DNA of 64,000 bases from Diplonema japonicum (Eukaryota > Protista > Euglenozoa: Diplonemea): assembly GCA_964019335.1 (NCBI GenBank), contig OZ025669.1, positions 558,001 to 622,000 of the forward strand. Reading direction: 5' to 3'. A program made the translations under genes and the position numbers. Positions 57,759 to 64,000 of this stretch are shown here, piece after piece. The notes beneath the pieces are model-generated. The model saw nothing but the letters and a program-made list of their open reading frames with translations. It was not told the origin of the DNA and ran no database searches. The first letter of the stretch is position 1, and every line of letters begins with the position of its first letter.

Positions 57759-59519
57759 TTATTCTGTTATTATAGCAGTGCAGGATTGGCAAAGCCGTTC
57801 AGTGTGAGCTGGGTTTCGCGAGGAGGGTCGTTGGGGTGCACACTCTCCACAGTATAGCAGCCCACAACCTCTGCAATGATGTCGCCTGACGAAAAAAGTA
57901 AATGTGGCACTACAAGCACGGCATGTTGCTCTACCAGAGTCAGGCTCCCATTGGGATTCAGGAGGGTACAACGCGGCAGGTGTGCTGAGTGCACGTGGTG
58001 GTGGTGTAGACGGACGAGAGGACACGGCTGACGACATCTGAGATCTCCGTCTGCGTCTCTCAGTGGGCCGCTCGTTTTCCTCATCTCTATGGTGTCTTTC
58101 CCTTTCTCGATCTCTCTCCCTCTCTCGTTCCCTCACCCTACCATGTCGTGGCGTGGTGCACACAACACACACTGTTGCTTCTTCCATGTTTACTAATGTA
58201 CACACTGTGCATGTCCATCCAGCAACCTCTGCCGGAGGCTCTATTTCCACCACTGGATGTTCTTCTCTCTCAACCCTAGAATCATCAACCCCTTCCGCCC
58301 CGCAGCCAACACCGCCATCGCTGCTTTTTCTCTTTGGTCTTGAACTCTGGCACATCGTGCAGGTTTCTGCTGTGCTCTTATTTATGTACGTGCACGCGGG
58401 GCACTCCCACTCTTCCGCCGAGAAGACTTCGCTACCCTCGTTGATGGTCTGCTGCAGTTGCTCGGCGATGGCTTGGTCCTCTTCGTCTTGGTATGAGGAC
58501 ACTGGAATGCCTTCGTAGCTAAGGGCAGAGATGATAACGTCCGCAAGGCCCTCCTCCTTAAGGAAGTCTTCTTTAGAGATGGACAGGTGTGATGTGCTGC
58601 TGTCGCGCAGCGGGCTTCCCAGGTTCCCCTTCGTTGCAAAGAGCACAAACACCTCACGAACCATTGCGGCTAGCTGTGAAGCAGAGCTGTGAGAAGGAAA
58701 GCTCTTGATGATGCCTCTGGAGACGGCGCCCTCCGTGAGGAAGCCTTTGGCATTGGTGTCAAAGAACTCGAACCAAGCCCCCCGGTCACGGGCGATGGCA
58801 GGGGGTGGCTTCTCGCGCCGCCCAGGGAGGTTCATCCGTACGAACTCAAACAGCCCATCCGCATGTGTCCATTCAATGATGCCTGTGTTGTTTCTGTCCC
58901 ACTCCTTCCACTTGTTCCTGACTACCGCGTCAAGAAGCTCAGAGTCGGTGTTGACCGTGGCAAGGAGCACCTCCTGCACCTCTTGGAGGTCCAGAGTGTC
59001 ACCCTCCCTTGTGGATGCCAGGCGGAACCACTGCTTGGGATCGGTCCTCGGGTCGGGCATCCGTAGTACTATCGCAAACGGATTGCGGCAAAGGGGGCAC
59101 CTGTACAGGTGGCTGTTGTCGGGGCGCAGGTCCTTGACACAAGGTTCGTGGAAGTAGTGGCGGCATATCCTTTGACGGTCAGTGTTGATGAAGACAACTG
59201 TTTGCCCGTTGCAGAGAGGTTCGAAGCACACAGCACACTCAGCATGATGCGACGCTTCTTCTGCCGCGTACCTGGCGGAAGAGTAAGCCTTGCCACCTTC
59301 GAACGCACTCGTGTAATTATCTTCTTCGTTGGTGTCAAGGAGTGCTTCCAGCATGTCCATCGACTTTGCAGGCGGCAACCCCTCGGCGGTGGCTGCCGTC
59401 ACCTCGCCATTACCAGGCTCCCCGGCAGGTGCTGGTGGTGTATTTGTTTGGAATAAAAACGAATCAAAGAAATCGTCATGCTCCACCGTCCCAGGGGCTG
59501 GCACAGTGAGCGCTTCCAT
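57759..59519 (-). CDS. RING + EF-hand-like + two NZF/RanBP2 fingers + FYVE protein (putative E3 ligase)
   Basis: CAVC..CRHYFHEPC..CPLC; WECPACTYIN and WTCTVCTLVN; WEPD..RRHHCRGCG..RLCQSC. Confidence 0.9.
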   Translation of the reverse strand: MEALTVPAPGTVEHDDFFDSFLFQTNTPPAPAGEPGNGEVTAATAEGLPPAKSMDMLEALLDTNEEDNYTSAFEGGKAYSSARYAAEEASHHAECAVCFEPLCNGQTVVFINTDRQRICRHYFHEPCVKDLRPDNSHLYRCPLCRNPFAIVLRMPDPRTDPKQWFRLASTREGDTLDLQEVQEVLLATVNTDSELLDAVVRNKWKEWDRNNTGIIEWTHADGLFEFVRMNLPGRREKPPPAIARDRGAWFEFFDTNAKGFLTEGAVSRGIIKSFPSHSSASQLAAMVREVFVLFATKGNLGSPLRDSSTSHLSISKEDFLKEEGLADVIISALSYEGIPVSSYQDEEDQAIAEQLQQTINEGSEVFSAEEWECPACTYINKSTAETCTMCQSSRPKRKSSDGGVGCGAEGVDDSRVEREEHPVVEIEPPAEVAGWTCTVCTLVNMEEATVCVVCTTPRHGRVRERERERDRERERHHRDEENERPTERRRRRSQMSSAVSSRPSTPPPRALSTPAALYPPESQWEPDSGRATCRACSATFTFFVRRHHCRGCGLLYCGECAPQRPSSRNPAHTERLCQSCTAIITE

Positions 59520-59580
59520 ACTGCATGTAGGCGCCTGTAAAAGGTAATCAATAACACAGGAGTAACAAATTACAATACAA

Positions 59581-60861
59581 TCACGAGCGTACTATGTGGT
59601 GGGGGCGGGACAGCCTTGGAGGGCGCGGTGGGGACACACTCCGACTGTCTAAAGCATCCTTGGGAAACGCCACACCCACACGCTTCGTGGGTGAGAGTGA
59701 GCCAGTGGGCCATGCTGTGGACTCGGGTCTGTCGAACGGGTTGGGTCGTGTGGAGGAAGGCCACGCTTTGGATGTGCGCTGCGAGGAAGTGGCTAAGGGC
59801 TTGACTCTGACTGCGTTAACCGCAAAACCACGACTTTTCAACAAGCCACCTCCAGCCTTAGGCTTGAGGGGGTGCTCTTTGGGGTACGCGATAGTTGGCG
59901 GAAGCGGGGACAGCTTCATTTTCGGCAGCGAAACAGGCTGCAGCGGCACAGGCTGTGTTACATAAGTCGGGTGTGACAGTGGTATAGGCTTTGGCTTTCG
60001 AGACGCAAGGGCTTCACAGCCCTCCCACTGATATTTAATCCACTCAAAATTGCAAGGGTTCAAAGAGTACAGGAAGCCCTCGCCTGATATTATAACTACT
60101 GTATCCTTGTACACGACAGTCATCAGCGGGATGGTCGAGCTGGGTAGAGCCCCCGTGAGGTTCGCAACTGCACCAGGGGTTCCATCTTGTTCAAACCACC
60201 AGCACCTTGTTGTAGTCATAATGCCCAGAAGGCCCGTGACGGTAGCACACGTCAGCAAGGGGTTCACCGACTCCACGTCGCCGGTCATGACCCAGCCGCC
60301 TTCTTGGAAGCTGTACACGTCACCGTTGCAACGTAGCAGCAGCGCGTTGTGCATCGCCGAGATCGAAACTTCATAAGACGGCACTCTGGGAAGACAGGCC
60401 GGCACTGCTATGCACCGCCATATTGACGCGGTTGTGTTTAGCACGTAGAACCTCGTGGGCTCGCCTGTGTAGAGAAAGATTTCCGCGTTTCGCGAAGATG
60501 TAGCGTATCCGGAACCAGCTTTTGGATAATCTCCAGAGCAAGTAACACGCTCCCACGCACAGGTGGCGAGGTTCAGCACAGGCAACTTGTTCAAGTCTTC
60601 CGGTTCTCTTTGAGGCGTGTTAACTCCGCCAAGCACGTACATCATGGTTCCAAGCAATTCGCAACTGTGGTCCTTGACACCCCACGGCCTTACCCCCTCC
60701 ACCTGCAACTCTCCTAAACACGGTATGGTCCGTGCGTTGTCGTCTATCCCTGTCAACGCAAACTGCAGCACTTTATCCGAAAGGGTTCCATCCTCTTCGC
60801 CGCCATACAACAGCAGGGTATTGCGGTATACCACTGCGGCATGTCCCCTTGGGATCCTCAT
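59581..60861 (-). CDS. Kelch-repeat protein
   Basis: RGHAAVVY..LLYGG, DHSC..MYVLGG, W..V..SG.YP; start uncertain. Confidence 0.75.
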   Translation of the reverse strand: MRIPRGHAAVVYRNTLLLYGGEEDGTLSDKVLQFALTGIDDNARTIPCLGELQVEGVRPWGVKDHSCELLGTMMYVLGGVNTPQREPEDLNKLPVLNLATCAWERVTCSGDYPKAGSGYATSSRNAEIFLYTGEPTRFYVLNTTASIWRCIAVPACLPRVPSYEVSISAMHNALLLRCNGDVYSFQEGGWVMTGDVESVNPLLTCATVTGLLGIMTTTRCWWFEQDGTPGAVANLTGALPSSTIPLMTVVYKDTVVIISGEGFLYSLNPCNFEWIKYQWEGCEALASRKPKPIPLSHPTYVTQPVPLQPVSLPKMKLSPLPPTIAYPKEHPLKPKAGGGLLKSRGFAVNAVRVKPLATSSQRTSKAWPSSTRPNPFDRPESTAWPTGSLSPTKRVGVAFPKDALDSRSVSPPRPPRLSRPHHIVRS

Positions 60862-60961
60862 CACATGGCCTTTGAAGCTGTGAAGGTCGCAGGACAGCAC
60901 GAGTAACGCACACGACTAGTTAAACTAACGATTCGTTCAGCTTCTTGTAAAAGAAGTAAAC

Positions 60962-61582
60962 TCACCACCTTTGGATATCCCGCCTGATACTATTTTGCAG
61001 TAGAGCAGTGCGCCGGAAATAGTCAGCCGACTTGTTGGCCATGCATACTGGCCTGTTGATAAGGTGCCGTCTTACGGGTTGGGTGACGGGCGTAAGTAAC
61101 TTAGCATTGCTGAGCGTCTTAGCGTCGCAGCGTGGTGTGGGTGTCCGTGTCATCGGAAGGTAATGGGGAGGTGACACAGGAAGCGTGACAAAGGGGAGGG
61201 AACGGCAGTGGGATTGCCACGGGTTGTGGACATGGTCAGGCTGCATGAGGTCTTTAATGGTCACTTCTGGAGGGGTGCGTTCAGCGTTCCTCAACGCGGA
61301 CTTCAAAACATGCTCTGGCTTTTTGTATGCACACCCTAGTTGCGTTGTAGTCACTGCCCCAGGCACCTCTTCCTTACTTGGCGGGCAACAGTTCAGCAGC
61401 CCCACCAGCGACCTCTCAGCACCTCCCCGCCGCCTCTTCCCATTTTTATACGTAATATCAACCACATTATTGTACGTGTTGTACTCAGCACCCCATACAG
61501 ACCGGTAGCGTTCGGCAGACCTAGGTTTAGGTGGCTTCAGAAACCCAGATATGGAGAACAATGATGCTGTTGGATCGCTCAT
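60962..61582 (-). CDS. Hypothetical protein
   Basis: ~206-aa ORF in the compact cluster, preceded by an AG acceptor. Confidence 0.55.
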   Translation of the reverse strand: MSDPTASLFSISGFLKPPKPRSAERYRSVWGAEYNTYNNVVDITYKNGKRRRGGAERSLVGLLNCCPPSKEEVPGAVTTTQLGCAYKKPEHVLKSALRNAERTPPEVTIKDLMQPDHVHNPWQSHCRSLPFVTLPVSPPHYLPMTRTPTPRCDAKTLSNAKLLTPVTQPVRRHLINRPVCMANKSADYFRRTALLQNSIRRDIQRW

Positions 61583-61627
61583 GTTAGTCAGCACCTATGT
61601 GTGTGGGCAGAACATGCAATGCAGTCA

Positions 61628-63088
61628 CTAGTCCAATGGGTCTAGGGGGCGCGTAGAGAGACGTGCTTCGAGGATGCTCTTGTAGGACTCAAGACATGTG
61701 ATGTCGGCAGGAGTGATGTCGTACAAGACGGAGCGCACCCGCTTAGCTGTATCGCGGCGTTGCTTAAGGTCAGCTTCCAGGTGGTGAACACGGGACTGCC
61801 AGGTTTCAGGCTCCTCGTCAGTCATGTCGTCGATAGAGTCGGTGACTTGGCTGTTCTTCACAGCACCCAGTTCGTTCTGGATGTCGCTGAACATGATTAT
61901 CTGTCCATCGAAGGTCGCACAGAAGATGCATGTCTTCACGTCGTTTGCACTAACCGAAAACTTTCCTTGTAAGAAAGATCGCACGGGCTCGTGCATGCTG
62001 AACCTCACAGCGTCTCTCTGTCCGTCTATAAAGTAGATATCCCCACCCCACGTGCACAGGCACAGGGAGGGACCCCCTTCCGACTCCAAGAACGACACTC
62101 CATTGATCACCATTTCCATGAGTTGTACGGGAGCTGTCCATTTGTGCCGCGAGAACGTGTGTTCCATGGGAGACAGTCCCAAGGGGTGTGTGGCGGTGTC
62201 GGGGTTCCTTGCAAACAGCGATGCTGGTGCCCCGACAGCTGTCTCCGTGTCCATCCACATGACACCACCATCTTGCGTAACGATAGCCATGTTTTTCCCT
62301 TTGCACGCTAAGTACGACCTTTCGACCCCTTCACCGGCCACAACTCTGATGATGTGGTCATCCTTGTCTGCATAGTAGTACTGTACGCTGTCGCTGGACC
62401 AGTTGAAGCGGTGCCCATGCGCGTCACGCCACACATGGATCATGGCGTACGAGGAATTCGAGAGACCGACAAGGATGAAAGTGTTGTCCTTTGTCTTGTG
62501 TACAGCCAGTGATGTGACAGCGAAGTCTACACGGTACACAGCCAAGAGCACGAAACAGTACTCCCCTTCCTCGCTGGGTTTAATTTCGTATAAGTACACC
62601 GTGCGGTCCAGCCCCCCGAGAGCCACGTGGGTGTGGCAAGAGTTCTCGGTCGTTGGTATTACTGTGCAGAACTCCATGTTTGTGATATTGCGAGGCAGAC
62701 GTTTCAAACCGCCCGACTCGACGATGTCGCCCTGTTGAGAGACTGAGAGGAGTCGGCACCACCCTTCAGCACTGAGTACGGCTATGTTCCTCTCTCCCCC
62801 TGCAAGGCCGATAACTTCAACGCACAAAATGGTTCCTAGCTTGGTAGCGACTGCCCACGGTTTATTGTTCGCGTGCTTGAAGACGCACAGCGTGCCGTCT
62901 ACAGAACCTACACATAACTCGATCTGCCCATCGCCGTCCACGTCCCCTAGTGCCATCCCTTGGCCCCCCGGACTCCCGTTCAGTTCGAACTCTGCTCGGA
63001 ACACGAAACACACATATTTCAACGTTCTGAATCCCTTCGCACCCCTGTCACCACTCTCCGGCCCCGGAAAGGAGTATCTCTTGCTCAT
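61628..63088 (-). CDS. ITFG2: ITFG2-like FG-GAP beta-propeller (KICSTOR subunit homologue)
   Basis: ALGDVDGDGQIELCVGSVDGTLCVFK..KPW..LGTILCV; LCTWGGDIYFID..VRF..PVRSF..G.F. Confidence 0.8.
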   Translation of the reverse strand: MSKRYSFPGPESGDRGAKGFRTLKYVCFVFRAEFELNGSPGGQGMALGDVDGDGQIELCVGSVDGTLCVFKHANNKPWAVATKLGTILCVEVIGLAGGERNIAVLSAEGWCRLLSVSQQGDIVESGGLKRLPRNITNMEFCTVIPTTENSCHTHVALGGLDRTVYLYEIKPSEEGEYCFVLLAVYRVDFAVTSLAVHKTKDNTFILVGLSNSSYAMIHVWRDAHGHRFNWSSDSVQYYYADKDDHIIRVVAGEGVERSYLACKGKNMAIVTQDGGVMWMDTETAVGAPASLFARNPDTATHPLGLSPMEHTFSRHKWTAPVQLMEMVINGVSFLESEGGPSLCLCTWGGDIYFIDGQRDAVRFSMHEPVRSFLQGKFSVSANDVKTCIFCATFDGQIIMFSDIQNELGAVKNSQVTDSIDDMTDEEPETWQSRVHHLEADLKQRRDTAKRVRSVLYDITPADITCLESYKSILEARLSTRPLDPLD

Positions 63089-63386
63089 ATCCAGTGTAGG
63101 GCCTTGATTAATGTTGTGATTGATAAGAATTCAACAGATAAAGTAAGTGCTGTGGTAATGTCGGTGAGTTTCACTGCCGACAACAGCAGCTATGGTACGC
63201 CACAGAGGCATGCGCATTCAACAGGCGCTAGCATTTAAGCAGGAAGGTTCGTTTTGAAGGAGAAGGGAACGGAGGAAAGAAAGAAAAAAGAAAAAAACAG
63301 GCTAAAAATAATAACGCCTTATTGACAACGTGCCGCCACAAACGGAAGGCGGAGTAAGTTAACACATAAGCACGCTGGGGTTACAT

Positions 63387-64000
63387 TTACGCGGTCGTGT
63401 TCTGTTTTCGTTTCATCACAGGGCAGGGTTTCTGTGCATTCACTTCCATGCCCTTTTCTGTGAGCTTTTTGAATGCTGCAACAAAGTCGCGGTGCCACAG
63501 GTCTTGGTCCTCTGCGTACTCCTTTGCTATGGGCATCATGCGTGGGTCGTCGCGAAGGTGCAGGTCCACAATGAGCATGATCCACGAGCGGTTGCGGAAG
63601 TAGACGCACTTGGTGCCTCCGCAGTTCCCGTCTTCCTCACGCATCCACGTTTGGTCGAACAGGAAGCGGTAGAAAAAGTTGTCGAAGACTAGTGGTGTTA
63701 TATCCCATTGCAGAAACGGGAAACCCGAGTTCTGTGGCTGCGTGTGGCCCACAGAATGGCCTCCTAAAAGTGCCACCATCTCCCTGATGTTCATCCCCAT
63801 CCTCTCAAACGTCTCCACCATCCCGTCAGCTGTGTCGTTCCACCCAGGCAGTCTGTTTTCTGGTGTCGGTGTGTAATCGTTATGGTGTGCATCTTTTCTG
63901 CCTGGTATGAATCCTATGTGTGGCCCCGACATGTGTTCCACGGCAACATAGCCCCCGAGGACCCACAGGTCCGAGTAGGTGATACCTGGGTTCATGTCGT
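63387..64000 (-). CDS. Class I heme peroxidase (cytochrome c / ascorbate peroxidase family); 5' end outside the window
   Basis: ITYSDLW, PGRKD, GGHSVG (proximal His), W..TPLVFDN, Y.EDQD.W..DF..AF.KL. Confidence 0.92.
   Translation of the reverse strand, partial: DMNPGITYSDLWVLGGYVAVEHMSGPHIGFIPGRKDAHHNDYTPTPENRLPGWNDTADGMVETFERMGMNIREMVALLGGHSVGHTQPQNSGFPFLQWDITPLVFDNFFYRFLFDQTWMREEDGNCGGTKCVYFRNRSWIMLIVDLHLRDDPRMMPIAKEYAEDQDLWHRDFVAAFKKLTEKGMEVNAQKPCPVMKRKQNTTA

Noticed and set aside
60923-60933. AACTAACGATT resembling the start of a spliced-leader exon
   Set aside because: The remainder of the SL exon (CAGTTTCTGTACTTTATTG) and the donor are absent
1-64000. tRNA, rRNA or CRISPR arrays
   Set aside because: None recognisable by eye; a covariance-model search would be needed to exclude small RNAs

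Overview
Eukaryotic nuclear DNA, most likely a euglenozoan of diplonemid type. This is inferred from one strand-uniform gene cluster, frequent cis introns and a kinetoplastid-like YGPEP helical module; the species cannot be identified here. About 30 host genes all lie on the minus strand: formin, SHMT, a divergent P450, a GT8 glycosyltransferase, GOS1, a ~1900-aa type I membrane protein, cyclophilin-TPR, kinesin, ATG8, a desaturase, a pseudo-metacaspase-WW protein, WDR82, a MazG-like fusion, RanBP2-ZnF and CCCH-MLLE RNA-binding proteins, DNALI1, an adenylate cyclase, a RING-NZF-FYVE protein, a Kelch protein, ITFG2 and a class I peroxidase. The only credible plus-strand coding sequences are two decayed piggyBac transposases, each inside an element with intact TIRs and TTAA target duplications. 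Reading frame breaks by hand gives 24 short GT-AG introns (31-101 nt). Most lack a polypyrimidine tract and end in poly(A) or AC-rich runs, one is 49/51 purine, several are in-frame poly-lysine cassettes, and they cluster at the 3' ends of long genes. This splicing architecture is the most unusual signal in the window. Non-coding DNA is saturated with long A, T, G and C homopolymers, except for a compact block from about 50.9 to 64 kb.
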